DNA from: an uncultured Eubacteriales bacterium
Lineage (GTDB): Bacteria > Bacillota > Clostridia > Christensenellales > Borkfalkiaceae
NCBI GenBank assembly: GCA_900320065.1
Contig: ONQV01000003.1
Span: 590-64,589 of the forward strand
DNA: 64,000 bases
Direction of reading: 5' to 3'
The notes beneath the pieces were generated by a model that was not told where the DNA came from, did no database searches, and worked only from the letters and a program-made list of their open reading frames with translations. The first letter of the stretch is position 1, and every line of letters starts with the position of its first letter. The position numbers and the translations under genes were made by a program. Below are positions 45,624-55,649 of this stretch, one piece after another.

Positions 45624-46355
45624 TTAATATTCCACTTTTAACAAACACAGCCCTTTTGCGGGAAGAGTTTCACCCAAAAGTTCTCTGTTTCCCGTTTCTA
45701 ACGCTTTTAATATATCGCTTTCGGAAATTTCGCCCTTGCCCGCCTTTACGAGCGCGCCCGCTATTATCCGCACCATATTGTACAAAAACCCGCTTCCGCA
45801 GACCGTTATCTTTATATCTTCGCCCGATTTTTCAACCGTTATTCCGTAAACCGTGCGGACGGTAGTCTTTACGCTTCCCCCCGTCGCCGAAAACGCCTTA
45901 AAGTCGTGTTCGCCTTCTATTAGTCTTGCCGCCGAACGCATTTTTTCGATATCTATATTACCGTAAACGCGCGTACCGTACCGCTCTTTTAAGGGAAGTT
46001 CGGTATCCGATAAATACAGGCTGTATTCGTAAGTTTTGCGCTTGGCGTTCTTCCTTGCGTTGAAATTGTCGCTTGCTTTTTCGCTCGACAGCGCCTTTAC
46101 GCCGTTCGGCAGAAAGGTGTTCAGCGCTTTATAAAACTTTTCGGGCGGAATATTCGCGTTCGTGTCGAAATGCGCGACCTGCCCTTTTGCGTGCACGCCC
46201 GCGTCCGTTCTGCCGCTCGCGGTAACGGTAACTTTTTCGCCCGTTAAACTATAAACGGCGTCTTCAACCGTCTGTTGAACGGAAACGCCGTTTCGCTGCC
46301 TTTGCCAGCCGCAAAAATCCGTTCCGTCGTAGGAAAGACAAAGTTTTATTCTCAT
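45624..46355 (-). CDS. truA: tRNA pseudouridine(38-40) synthase
   Basis: 243 aa. YDGTDFCGWQRQ and the catalytic GRTDAGVHA. Confidence 0.93.
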   Translation of the reverse strand: MRIKLCLSYDGTDFCGWQRQRNGVSVQQTVEDAVYSLTGEKVTVTASGRTDAGVHAKGQVAHFDTNANIPPEKFYKALNTFLPNGVKALSSEKASDNFNARKNAKRKTYEYSLYLSDTELPLKERYGTRVYGNIDIEKMRSAARLIEGEHDFKAFSATGGSVKTTVRTVYGITVEKSGEDIKITVCGSGFLYNMVRIIAGALVKAGKGEISESDILKALETGNRELLGETLPAKGLCLLKVEY

Positions 46356-47182
46356 AACGCCCCCGCGATTTCCGCTAAGCCCGACAGCGCGTAAAATCCG
46401 TTTAAGTAAACTATTCCGACGATAAGCCCCGCGACGAATAAAACACCGATAAGGTCGCGGAAAGTGAGTTTCATTTTCTTATAACGGGTACGGTTTTTAC
46501 TGCCCGCGTAGCAACGAGAATCCATCGCGTCCGCAAGTTCGTCCGCACGCCTGAAAGAACTGATTAAGAGCGGTATAAGCACGGGGATAAGCGCTTTCGC
46601 CCGCTTAAAAATATTGCCGCTCTCGAAATCCGCGCCGCGGGCTTTCTGCGCTTTTATTATTCTGTCCGTTTCGTCGATTAAAGTCGGAATAAAGCGCAAA
46701 GCGATACTCATAATAAGTGCGAATTCGTGAACGGGGAATTTTATCCATTTTAAGGGATACAAAAGCCCTTCTATGCCGTCCGCGAGTTCGACGGGGCTTG
46801 TGGTTAAGGTCAAAAGCGACGCGCCCAAAACGATAAGGACTATTCTTGCGACGATAAAGCCTGCGTTAATTAGCCCCACGTCGGTTATTATCCACCATAA
46901 AACCGTTCCCTGCTTATTGAAAAACAGTTGGAGTATCGCCGAAAACAGCACGAAAAAGATTATTGTCTTTATACTTTTTATCACCCGTAAAAAGGGGACT
47001 TTGGACACACAGGTCGCGATTATTACGAACAAAAGGCAAGCGGCGAAGCCCAAAAAGTGAAACGCCGACACTAAAAACACCGCCACCATATAGGCTATGG
47101 CGATAAGAATTTTTGCGCGCGCGTCCATTTTGTGAACGAAGGATTCCGCGGGGAAATAACTTCCGAAAGCAACGTCTCTCAT
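46352..47182 (-). CDS. ecfT: ECF transporter transmembrane (T) component
   Basis: Start trimmed to MRDVAFG (ATGA overlap with the ecfA2 stop). CbiQ-like; ARG...R motifs. Confidence 0.88.
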   Translation of the reverse strand: MRDVAFGSYFPAESFVHKMDARAKILIAIAYMVAVFLVSAFHFLGFAACLLFVIIATCVSKVPFLRVIKSIKTIIFFVLFSAILQLFFNKQGTVLWWIITDVGLINAGFIVARIVLIVLGASLLTLTTSPVELADGIEGLLYPLKWIKFPVHEFALIMSIALRFIPTLIDETDRIIKAQKARGADFESGNIFKRAKALIPVLIPLLISSFRRADELADAMDSRCYAGSKNRTRYKKMKLTFRDLIGVLFVAGLIVGIVYLNGFYALSGLAEIAGAL

Positions 47183-48057
47183 CTCGTTTTTCCCCCGATA
47201 TTCAGCGCGCGGCACACGCTTTCCACAAACCCGTCCGCGGTAAAGTCGTTATCGGCTGTAACGCCCCGTTTTTTTAACCCTTCGGTAAGGGAAGCGGTAA
47301 GGGGCAAGTCCAGCCCGCTTTCCTTTATAAGTTCACCGTCCGAAAAAATCTCTTTCGGCGTTTTTGCCGCAAGTATTTTACCGCCCGAAAAAACCGCCGC
47401 GCCCGTGCAGTATTCGGCGACTAAATTCATATCGTGCGAAACGATGATTATCGTTTTAACGAAGTCTTTATGAAGTCTTTGCAAAAGTTCCAAAAACTCT
47501 CTTTTGCCCTTGGGGTCGAGTCCCGCGGCGGGTTCGTCAAGTACTAAAATTTCGGGCTTTGCGACTATTACGCCCGCTATCGCCACTCTTCTTTTTTGCC
47601 CGCCCGAAAGGTCGAAGGGCGATTTATCTTTAACTCTGTCGAATGTGAGCCCTGTAAGTTCCAGCGCTTCTTTAACGCGGACAGTTACTTCTTTTTCCGT
47701 TAGTTTCGGCGCGAAGTTTCTAAGCGCGAAAGCCACGTCGTCAAAGACCGTTTCCGCGAAAAGTTGGTGTTCGGGGTACTGGAAAAGCATACCGACTTTG
47801 GCGCGCAGCGATTTATAATCGCACTTTTTGGCGGTGAGATCGTAATCGCCTATCAGTAATCTTCCGCTGTCTTTCTGCACCTTAATAAGCCCGTTCAAGT
47901 GCTGAACGAAAGTCGTTTTTCCGCTACCCGTTCTGCCGATAATGCCGAAAAACTCGCCTTCCTTTATATCGACCGACACGCCGTCAAGCGCGCGGAAGGC
48001 AAGGCGTTTCGTTTGGGCGCTATAAGTAAACGTAAGGTTTTCCGCTACAATTTCCAT
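47179..48057 (-). CDS. ecfA2: ECF transporter ATPase A2
   Basis: 292 aa. GRTGSGKTT, LSGGQKRRVAIA. Confidence 0.9.
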   Translation of the reverse strand: MEIVAENLTFTYSAQTKRLAFRALDGVSVDIKEGEFFGIIGRTGSGKTTFVQHLNGLIKVQKDSGRLLIGDYDLTAKKCDYKSLRAKVGMLFQYPEHQLFAETVFDDVAFALRNFAPKLTEKEVTVRVKEALELTGLTFDRVKDKSPFDLSGGQKRRVAIAGVIVAKPEILVLDEPAAGLDPKGKREFLELLQRLHKDFVKTIIIVSHDMNLVAEYCTGAAVFSGGKILAAKTPKEIFSDGELIKESGLDLPLTASLTEGLKKRGVTADNDFTADGFVESVCRALNIGGKTR

Positions 48058-48863
48058 AACGCCTCCGCAAGTTCTTCTTCCGTAATAATATCGTTCGGGA
48101 TATTCGCCCCGCGTGCGCGGAGTTTGTCCGCGATAATGCCCGCGGCGGGAAGTTCCAGCCCCAAAGAACTCAATATTTCTTTCTGACCGAACACCTGTTT
48201 CGGCGTGCCCGAAAGCGCTATTACGCCGCGATCCATAACTATAACTTTATCGGCTTTCGCCGCTTCTTCCATATAATGGGTTATGGCGATAACCGCTACG
48301 CCCTGTGCGCGCAACCTTTTCACCACTTCCGCGATTTCCTTTCTGCCATGCGGGTCAAGCATCGCCGTCGATTCGTCGAGAACGAGAATTTTGGGGTTTA
48401 ACGCCAGCACGCCCGCTATCGCTATCCGTTGTTTCTGCCCGCCAGAAAGCCTTGTCGGCGTAGCCTTACGGAAATTTTCCATACCGACCGCTTTTAACGC
48501 AAAATCTATCCGTTTTCCTATCTCTTCGCGCGGAACGCCTAAATTCTCGGGACCGAAGGCAATGTCGTCTTCGACTATCGACGCTACGAGTTGATTGTCC
48601 GGATTCTGAAAGACCATTCCGACGCGTTTTCTTATCTCGAAAACCGCGTTTTTATCGCTTGATGAAAACCCGTCGACCACCACTTCGCCGTCCGCGGGTT
48701 TTAAAAGTCCGTTCAAAAGCCTTGCGAGAGTGGATTTGCCGCTGCCGTTATGCCCGACTATCGCGACGAATTCGCCTTCTTCCACGTTAAAAGACACGCC
48801 TTTCAGCGCTTTGGTCGTTTTGTCGTAAGAATACGAAACGTTTTTAACTTCTAATAAGGGCAT
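48045..48863 (-). CDS. ecfA1: ECF transporter ATPase A1
   Basis: Start trimmed to MPLLEVK (SD GGTGGAG). GHNGSGKST, LSGGQKQRIAIA. Confidence 0.9.
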   Translation of the reverse strand: MPLLEVKNVSYSYDKTTKALKGVSFNVEEGEFVAIVGHNGSGKSTLARLLNGLLKPADGEVVVDGFSSSDKNAVFEIRKRVGMVFQNPDNQLVASIVEDDIAFGPENLGVPREEIGKRIDFALKAVGMENFRKATPTRLSGGQKQRIAIAGVLALNPKILVLDESTAMLDPHGRKEIAEVVKRLRAQGVAVIAITHYMEEAAKADKVIVMDRGVIALSGTPKQVFGQKEILSSLGLELPAAGIIADKLRARGANIPNDIITEEELAEALWKL

Positions 48864-48982
48864 AACTCCACCTTTTACCGACTTTTGCAATTATTTTACC
48901 ACTTTCGGCGTTTTTTTACAAGCGTATTGAACGGGCAAACGAAATCGCTTCGGTTTTTACTCGAAATATTTTTTCCCACCCG

Positions 48983-49011
48983 TTGACTAATTCGGTTTAT
49001 CGTTGTATAAT
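48983..49011 (+). promoter_or_regulatory. PFOR promoter
   Basis: TTGACT-17 nt-TATAAT. Confidence 0.7.
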
Positions 49012-49066
49012 AATAAACGTTGCTAATTTAAAATTACAATAATTTATATATAAGGAGTTTTACGCA

Positions 49067-52000
49067 ATGAAAAAATTGACAATCGACGGTAATACCGCCG
49101 CAAGCCACGTTGCCTACGCCTTTTCCGAAGTAGCGGCGATCTACCCGATTACCCCGTCTTCGCCGATGGCGGAAGTCGCCGACGAGTGGTCGACCGCAGG
49201 CAGAACGAATATGTGGGGGCAGAAGATCCGCGTCGCGGAAATGCAGTCCGAAGGCGGCGCCGCGGGTGCCGTTCACGGCAGCCTTTGCGCGGGCGCGCTT
49301 ACCACCACTTACACCGCTTCGCAGGGCTTACTTTTAATGATACCGAATATGTACAAGATCGCGGGCGAACTTATGCCTATGGTTATGCACGTTTCGGCAC
49401 GCGCCCTTGCCGCTCACTCTCTCAACATTTTCGGCGACCACGCCGACGTTATGGCTTGCCGCCAGACGGGTTTTGCGATGATGTGCGATTCTTCCGTTCA
49501 GGAAGTTATGGATTTGGCGCTCGTAGCGCACCTTGCGACCTTAAAGTCCAAAGTTCCGTTTATCAACTTTTTCGACGGATTCCGCACCAGCCACGAAGTC
49601 GCTAAAATCGACGTGTGGGACGAAGCGGATAACTACGCGGAGATCCGCGCTATCTGCGACGAAGTGGGCTTAGACGCGGACATAAAGGATTTCAAGTCCC
49701 GTTCGCTTAACCCCGAACACCCGATCCAGAAGGGCACGGCGCAGAACGGCGACACCTACTTCCAGAACAGAGAGACCGCGAACGGATATTATAAAGCCGT
49801 TCCCGAAATAGTGCAGAAGATGATGGACGTCGTCAGCGCGAAAGCGGGCAGATCTTATCACCTTTTCGACTACGTGGGCGCAAAGGACGCGGAATACGTT
49901 ATCGTATGTATGGGTTCGGGTTGCGAAACTATCGAAGAATCCATCAATAAGTTAAACTCCATGGGGAAAAAGTACGGTTTAATCAAAGTCCGTCTGTATC
50001 GCCCCTTCTATACGAAAGCGTTTATCGACGCGCTTCCGAAATCGGTCAAAAAGATTGCGGTACTCGACAGAACGAAAGAACCGGGCTCTCTCGGCGAACC
50101 CCTTTATCTCGACGTCTGCTCGGCACTCTTCGAGTCCGGAATTAACGGCGTTAAGGTCGTCGGCGGCAGATACGGCTTAGGCTCTAAGGAATTCACCCCG
50201 TCCATGGTCTTATCGGTCTATAAAAATCTCGAACAGACTGAACCGAAAAACCATTTCACCGTCGGTATCTACGAAGATATCACCAACTCGTCGCTCGATT
50301 TCTCGGAAAAATTCGACGCCGCGCCCGCAGGCTCTACGTCCTGTAAGTTCTACGGACTGGGTTCGGACGGCACGGTCGGCGCGAACAAAAACTCCATTAA
50401 AATTATCGGCGACCATACCGACAAGCACGCGCAGGCGTATTTCTTCTACGATTCCAAAAAGTCGGGCGGCATAACCGTTTCGCACTTACGTTTCGGCGAC
50501 ACTCCTATTCAGTCCGAATATCTTATCGACTCCGCGGACTTCGTTCAATGTTCTAACCCGTCCTATATCACCCGTTACGATATGACGAGCGATATTAAAG
50601 ACGGCGGCACTTTCCTTATCAACACTTCCGCAACGACGGTCGAAGCGCTCGAAGACTTCTTGCCCGCGCAGGTAAAACGCGACATCGCGACGAAGAATAT
50701 CAATCTTTACGTGATAGACGCTATTAAGATCGCGGCGGGACTCGGCTTAAAAGGCAGAACGAACACCATTTTGCAATCGGCGTTCTTCCGCGTAAATCCG
50801 CAAATTATGCCCTACGACAAAGCCGTGGAATATATGAAATATATGGCTAAAAAGTCCTTCGGAAGAAAGGGCGACGCGGTCGTTCAGATGAACTACGACG
50901 CTATCGACTCGGCGGCGGGCGACAACCTTATCAAGATAGCCGTTCCCGCGGCGTGGAAGACCGCGACGACGGGCGCAAAAATGGTCGAAGGGCACGCCGA
51001 TAAATATTATCAGGAAATTATTAAACCTATCCTTTACCTTAAAGGCGACAGCCTAAAATCTTCGCAGTTCAATGCGGACGGCTCCGTGCCCACGGGTACT
51101 ACGAAGTTTGAAAAACGCGGCGTCGCGGTTACCGTTCCCGAAATCGATATAAATAAATGTATTCAATGCGGCAACTGCTCGTTCGTATGCCCCCACGCTT
51201 GTTTAAGACCGGCGCTTTACGCGGCAGGTAGCGACAAACCCGCCACTTTAACGGGTAAACCCGCTATCGGACTTGCGGGATACGAATACAAAATGCAGGT
51301 TTCCCCGCTCGACTGTATGGGTTGCGGAGTCTGCGCGACGGTCTGCCCCGTAAAAGACGGCGGCGCTATAAAGATGATACCGCTTGCCGATTCGCTTGCA
51401 AAGGGTGAAGACAAAAACTGGGATTACGCGGTTGACCTTCCCGCCGTGGATACTTCTAAATTCAAGAAGGAAACGGTCAAGGGCTGTCAGTTCTGCACTC
51501 CGCTCTTCGAATTCTCGGGCGCGTGCGCGGGCTGCGGCGAAACGCCTTACGTCAAAGTAATAACCCAACTCTTCGGCGAAGATATGGTCGTCGCAAACGC
51601 GACGGGATGCTCGTCCATTTACGGCGGTTCTTCCCCGACCTGTCCTTATACCACTAATAAAGAAGGCAAAGGTCCCGCTTGGGCTAACTCCTTGTTTGAA
51701 GATAACGCGGAATTCGGTTACGGTATGAATTTAGCGTACTCGACGAGAAGAAACGCGCTTAAAGAAAAGGTCGCGGCGTTCGGACAAGCGGACGCTACCG
51801 CGAAAGAAGCGGCCGACCTTTGGATAAGTTCGTTCGACGACAGAGAAGCGTCCAAAGCGGCGTCGAAGAAACTTCTTGCACTTGCCGAAAAATCTTCGGC
51901 GGCGGAAGCGAAAGCGATTATCGAAAATAAAGACTGCCTTGCTAAAAAGTCGATCTGGATATTCGGCGGCGACGGCTGGGCTTACGATATCGGCTACGGC

Positions 52001-52579
52001 GGACTCGACCACGTTTTAGCAAGCGGCGAAGACGTGAATGTTTTAGTTCTCGATACCGAAGTTTATTCCAACACCGGCGGTCAGGCAAGCAAAGCGACGA
52101 ATATCGGCGCGGTCGCGAAATTCGCTTCGGCAGGTAAACGCGTTAAGAAGAAAGATTTAGGTATGATAGCGAAATCTTACGGCTACGTGTACGTGGCACA
52201 ATGTGCGATGGGCGCTAATCCCGCGCAACTTCTTAAAGCGCTCTCGGAAGCGGAAGCGTATCACGGGCCTTCGCTTATCATCTGCTACGCGCCCTGTATC
52301 AACCACGGTATCAATATGACCAAGTCGCAATTAGAAGAAAAGGCGGCGGTCGAGTGCGGATACTGGCAACTTTACAGGTATAACCCCGAAGGCGACGTGT
52401 TTACGTTAGACAGCAAAGACCCGACGGGCGATTATCAAGCCTTCCTTGCAGGCGAAACGAGATATTCTTCGCTCGTGAAAACCCAAGGTCAGGACGTTGC
52501 GAACGAACTCTTTAAGAAAACCGAAGAATCCGCGAAAGAAAGACTTGCGGGTTACAAGAAACTTGCGGGTAAAGAATAA
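49067..52579 (+). CDS. nifJ: Pyruvate:ferredoxin (flavodoxin) oxidoreductase, single-chain
   Basis: 1170 aa. Two CxxCxxCxxxCP motifs (CIQCGNCSFVCP, CMGCGVCATVCP) and the TPP motif GGDGWAYDIGYGGL. Confidence 0.95.
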   Translation: MKKLTIDGNTAASHVAYAFSEVAAIYPITPSSPMAEVADEWSTAGRTNMWGQKIRVAEMQSEGGAAGAVHGSLCAGALTTTYTASQGLLLMIPNMYKIAGELMPMVMHVSARALAAHSLNIFGDHADVMACRQTGFAMMCDSSVQEVMDLALVAHLATLKSKVPFINFFDGFRTSHEVAKIDVWDEADNYAEIRAICDEVGLDADIKDFKSRSLNPEHPIQKGTAQNGDTYFQNRETANGYYKAVPEIVQKMMDVVSAKAGRSYHLFDYVGAKDAEYVIVCMGSGCETIEESINKLNSMGKKYGLIKVRLYRPFYTKAFIDALPKSVKKIAVLDRTKEPGSLGEPLYLDVCSALFESGINGVKVVGGRYGLGSKEFTPSMVLSVYKNLEQTEPKNHFTVGIYEDITNSSLDFSEKFDAAPAGSTSCKFYGLGSDGTVGANKNSIKIIGDHTDKHAQAYFFYDSKKSGGITVSHLRFGDTPIQSEYLIDSADFVQCSNPSYITRYDMTSDIKDGGTFLINTSATTVEALEDFLPAQVKRDIATKNINLYVIDAIKIAAGLGLKGRTNTILQSAFFRVNPQIMPYDKAVEYMKYMAKKSFGRKGDAVVQMNYDAIDSAAGDNLIKIAVPAAWKTATTGAKMVEGHADKYYQEIIKPILYLKGDSLKSSQFNADGSVPTGTTKFEKRGVAVTVPEIDINKCIQCGNCSFVCPHACLRPALYAAGSDKPATLTGKPAIGLAGYEYKMQVSPLDCMGCGVCATVCPVKDGGAIKMIPLADSLAKGEDKNWDYAVDLPAVDTSKFKKETVKGCQFCTPLFEFSGACAGCGETPYVKVITQLFGEDMVVANATGCSSIYGGSSPTCPYTTNKEGKGPAWANSLFEDNAEFGYGMNLAYSTRRNALKEKVAAFGQADATAKEAADLWISSFDDREASKAASKKLLALAEKSSAAEAKAIIENKDCLAKKSIWIFGGDGWAYDIGYGGLDHVLASGEDVNVLVLDTEVYSNTGGQASKATNIGAVAKFASAGKRVKKKDLGMIAKSYGYVYVAQCAMGANPAQLLKALSEAEAYHGPSLIICYAPCINHGINMTKSQLEEKAAVECGYWQLYRYNPEGDVFTLDSKDPTGDYQAFLAGETRYSSLVKTQGQDVANELFKKTEESAKERLAGYKKLAGKE

Positions 52580-52603
52580 AATTTACACACAAAAGATAAA
52601 ACA

Positions 52604-52642
52604 CTGGGCGGAACGCGTTTGCGTTCCGCCCAAGTTGTTTTT
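52604..52642 (+). terminator. PFOR terminator 1
   Basis: TGGGCGGAACGC-GTTT-GCGTTCCGCCCA, followed by AGTTGTTTTT. Confidence 0.85.
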
Positions 52643-52645
52643 AAA

Positions 52646-52696
52646 AAGCAATTAAACACTCGTGTTTTCGGGTGTTTAATTGCTTTGTTAGGTTTT
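52646..52696 (+). terminator. Second tandem hairpin after PFOR
   Basis: GCAATTAAACAC-12 nt-GTGTTTAATTGC, followed by a T-rich tract. Confidence 0.5.
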
Positions 52697-52789
52697 TGAC
52701 GAATTCCCAACCTTCGGTAGGGTAATTGCATTATATTATATCTTTTTTATTTTTTGTTTAATCGCACCAAACGGTGATAATATTTTTAA

Positions 52790-52820
52790 TACAAAAGCGG
52801 CGGGCAACAGACCGCCGCTT
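52790..52820 (-). terminator. Amino-acid ABC operon terminator
   Basis: Minus strand AGCGGCGG-TCTGTTGC-CCGCCGCT, followed by TTTTG. Confidence 0.7.
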
Positions 52821-52838
52821 ATATTATGATTTTGTTTT

Positions 52839-53639
52839 TTATTCCCCTTCTTTGTCCTTTACGTTAGATAAAAAGGCTTTTAACTTTTCGGACTTGGGGT
52901 TGTCGAATACGGCTTTCGGCGTGCCTTCTTCTTCTATTACGCCGTTTGCCATAAACACGACTTTATCCGAAACGTTCTTCGCAAAACCCATTTCGTGGGT
53001 TACTATTATCATAGTGCGGTCTTCGTCTTTTAATGAACGTATGACCTTTAACACTTCGCCAGTGAGTTCGGGGTCGAGTGCCGAAGTCGGTTCATCAAAA
53101 CATAAAATCTTGGGTTTTAACGCAAGCGCCCGTGCGATTGCCACCCTTTGTTGTTGCCCGCCCGAAAGTTCGTAAGGATAAGCGTTCTTTTTTTCGGTAA
53201 GCCCTGTTTTTTCAAGCAATTTTTCCGCTTCTTCGATAATTTTCTGCTTTTCTTCGGCAAGGTTTAAAGTTTTATCCTTTTTCACTCTCTCTTTTAACTG
53301 CAAAAGGGGCGCAAGAGTGATATTACTCATAACGCAATACTGCGGAAAAAGATTAAAGGACTGAAACACCATACCGAAATTAAGGCGTTTTGCGCGCAAA
53401 ACGCTTTCTTTCTCTTTTTTTACCGTTTCGGCGTTAAAAAGCGTTTCGCCGTCCAAAGTCATAACGCCGATATCGGGCGTTTCGAGAAAGTTTATACAGC
53501 GCAAAAGCGTCGTCTTCCCCGACCCCGAAGAGCCGATAATGGAAACGACTTCGCCCTTTTCGACGGTAAGGTTTATACCTTTTAATACTTCGTGCTCACC
53601 GAATTTTTTACAAAAATTTTTAATATCGAGATACGCCAT
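52839..53639 (-). CDS. Polar amino-acid ABC transporter ATPase (GlnQ-like)
   Basis: 266 aa. GSSGSGKTT, LSGGQQQRVAIARAL, CFDEPTSALD. Confidence 0.9.
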   Translation of the reverse strand: MAYLDIKNFCKKFGEHEVLKGINLTVEKGEVVSIIGSSGSGKTTLLRCINFLETPDIGVMTLDGETLFNAETVKKEKESVLRAKRLNFGMVFQSFNLFPQYCVMSNITLAPLLQLKERVKKDKTLNLAEEKQKIIEEAEKLLEKTGLTEKKNAYPYELSGGQQQRVAIARALALKPKILCFDEPTSALDPELTGEVLKVIRSLKDEDRTMIIVTHEMGFAKNVSDKVVFMANGVIEEEGTPKAVFDNPKSEKLKAFLSNVKDKEGE

Positions 53640-53642
53640 AAT

Positions 53643-54284
53643 TTACGCCTTGAAATAGGAAAGTTTTTTCTCCAACGCTCTGAAAAGCAACGTCAACAGT
53701 CCTACAAACAAAAGATAATACACGCCTGTATAGAAGAGCGGCCAGATAAGTCCTTTCGTCGCCCAGTTTTCCGCTTTTTTCAGAATTTCTACGACAATGA
53801 TAACACGAGCGAGCGAAGTATCTTTTACGAGCGTAATAATTTCGTTACTCATGGGCGGAACTATACGTTTTATAACCTGAAGTAATACGACCTTAAAAAA
53901 TATCTGTCCTTTCGTCATTCCTAAAACCTGCCCCGCTTCGTACTGACCTTTGGTAATACTTTCTATCCCGCCGCGATAAATTTCCGCAAAATAGCAAGCG
54001 TAATTTATTACGAACGCAATAAGAACCGAAACCATACGCGAAAAAAGATTAACTTCAAACAAAAGCCCGGGAACGTAAAAAATAACGAGAATTTGGAGCA
54101 TAAGCGGAGTTCCGCGAATTATCCAAATAAAGACTTTTACTACCGCTTTTAACGGTTTTATTTTGCTCATTGCTCCGAAAGCGACTAAAAGTCCCAGCGG
54201 AATCGCCAGGACTAACGTCAGAAAAAATAATAAGCAAGTGTTGCCGAAACCTTCTAAAAGGTCAAGCGTTATTTGCCAAAACAT
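53643..54284 (-). CDS. Polar amino-acid ABC transporter permease (HisMQ family)
   Basis: 213 aa, 5 TM. Contains the EAA-like loop (YEAGQVLGMTKGQ). Confidence 0.88.
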   Translation of the reverse strand: MFWQITLDLLEGFGNTCLLFFLTLVLAIPLGLLVAFGAMSKIKPLKAVVKVFIWIIRGTPLMLQILVIFYVPGLLFEVNLFSRMVSVLIAFVINYACYFAEIYRGGIESITKGQYEAGQVLGMTKGQIFFKVVLLQVIKRIVPPMSNEIITLVKDTSLARVIIVVEILKKAENWATKGLIWPLFYTGVYYLLFVGLLTLLFRALEKKLSYFKA

Positions 54285-54287
54285 AAG

Positions 54288-55055
54288 TTATCCGAAATAT
54301 TTAGCCGAAAGAGTGTCGAATAAACCGTTTGCTTTCGCTATTTTAATAAATAAATCGAACGCTTTCGCAAGACCGTCGTCGGTTTTTCTGAACGCAACGC
54401 CGAATTCTTCAAGTTCAAAACCTACGTCTTTATAAACAAGGTTAGAGTAACTTGTTCCCGCACCGACCAAAACTCTCGCCATCATAAGGTCAATAACCGC
54501 GATTTCCGATCTGCCCGAAGCAACTTCAAGCAACGTATCTTTTTGCGCACTTGATTCGATTTTGGTTATGTCGATATCTTTAACCGCGTCTTCGCCCGCA
54601 GAACCTTTTTCAAACGCGACCGACGAAGCGTTCTTTATAGATTCTATATCGGTAAACTTGTCCGCATTTTCGGCCTTACAGATAACGACTTGTTTGTTGT
54701 CAAGATACGGTTTAGATACCGCCGTTTTTTCTTTAACTTCGTCGGTTATCGTCATACCGTTCCAAATAACGTCTATCTTTTTACCGTTTAAATCAATGAA
54801 TTTATTATTCCAATTTATCTCGACGAATTCCGCCTCAACGCCAATTTCTTCACAAAACGCTTTCGCAAGTTCCGTGTCGAAACCAACGAACGTATTATTA
54901 TCGTCGTAGAAATTCATAGGCGCGTAAATAGTATAACCTATCGTCAATTTTCCGTCTTCCAAAGAACCTTTCTCATCTTTTCCGCAGGCGGTAAGCCCTA
55001 AGCACACAGTAACCGCTAATATTGCCGTTACTAAAATCGCAAACAATTTTTTCAT
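54288..55055 (-). CDS. Polar amino-acid ABC substrate-binding lipoprotein
   Basis: 255 aa. Lipobox LTAC-G. SBP_bac_3-like. Confidence 0.85.
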   Translation of the reverse strand: MKKLFAILVTAILAVTVCLGLTACGKDEKGSLEDGKLTIGYTIYAPMNFYDDNNTFVGFDTELAKAFCEEIGVEAEFVEINWNNKFIDLNGKKIDVIWNGMTITDEVKEKTAVSKPYLDNKQVVICKAENADKFTDIESIKNASSVAFEKGSAGEDAVKDIDITKIESSAQKDTLLEVASGRSEIAVIDLMMARVLVGAGTSYSNLVYKDVGFELEEFGVAFRKTDDGLAKAFDLFIKIAKANGLFDTLSAKYFG

Positions 55056-55075
55056 TTCTTTCTCTCCTGAATTTT

Positions 55076-55096
55076 ACTTTATTACTTTACTTTGGT
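55076..55096. repeat. 9-bp perfect inverted repeat just downstream of the ABC operon -10
   Basis: CTTTACTTT-GGT-AAAGTAAAG. On the minus strand it starts 10 nt after the TATAAT. Confidence 0.85.
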
Positions 55097-55106
55097 AAAG
55101 TAAAGA

Positions 55107-55135
55107 TGTGATTTTATTATACTTTATTACGCTGT
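55107..55135 (-). promoter_or_regulatory. Amino-acid ABC operon promoter
   Basis: Minus strand TTTACA-17 nt-TATAAT. The AT palindrome AATTTTTAAAAATT (55148-55161) lies just upstream. Confidence 0.6.
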
Positions 55136-55184
55136 GATTGTAAAGTGTTTTAAGGGAATTTTTAAAAATTTGTCGGAATTTTTA

Positions 55185-55646
55185 TCAAACCATTATTATA
55201 TTGACGTTTTTACGCTTGGCGTAATTTACCGTTTGGAAAGTTCCGCCCCTATCGCTAATTAAATGCGCAACCAAAACCGACGCGCTGTCTACCATAAACA
55301 TATTTCTCTTAAACATACAGTTTTTCGTATATTCCTTTGAAACGTAAATTTTTTCGTCGGCGGAATCTAACATTTTTTTATATTCTGCTTTTTGCTTTTC
55401 GCTGAATTTATAATCCTGAGTTTCACACGGAATACACGCTATTATCCTGATATTTTCCGTTTTTCTTAAATTTTCGAGTATTTTAAAGCACTCGGTATCG
55501 AAGCCTACCGCCATACCGACCAAAAAAAAGGTAAAACCGCCCTTTATAAGCCCTTTTATAACCCTTTCAAGTTCCGTTTTATTAAAATCTCGCCCTAAAT
55601 TTCTGTGCCCCGTGAACGCGCAGGTTCTAGCTCTATCTATTATCAT
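55185..55646 (-). CDS. YpsA-like SLOG-family (DUF1273) protein
   Basis: 153 aa. CAFTGHRNL N-terminal motif and a Rossmann-like alpha/beta pattern. Confidence 0.7.
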   Translation of the reverse strand: MIIDRARTCAFTGHRNLGRDFNKTELERVIKGLIKGGFTFFLVGMAVGFDTECFKILENLRKTENIRIIACIPCETQDYKFSEKQKAEYKKMLDSADEKIYVSKEYTKNCMFKRNMFMVDSASVLVAHLISDRGGTFQTVNYAKRKNVNIIMV

Positions 55647-55649
55647 AAT

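Noticed and set aside
4887-52820. GC-rich hairpins considered as a dispersed REP-like repeat family
   Set aside because: Their sequences differ from one another, and all but the one at 43148 sit immediately after stop codons, so they are ordinary intrinsic terminators.
55056-55184. T-box or amino-acid riboswitch upstream of the amino-acid ABC operon
   Set aside because: The predicted leader is only about 50 nt, which is too short for a T-box or a known amino-acid riboswitch. Only an operator-like inverted repeat is present.
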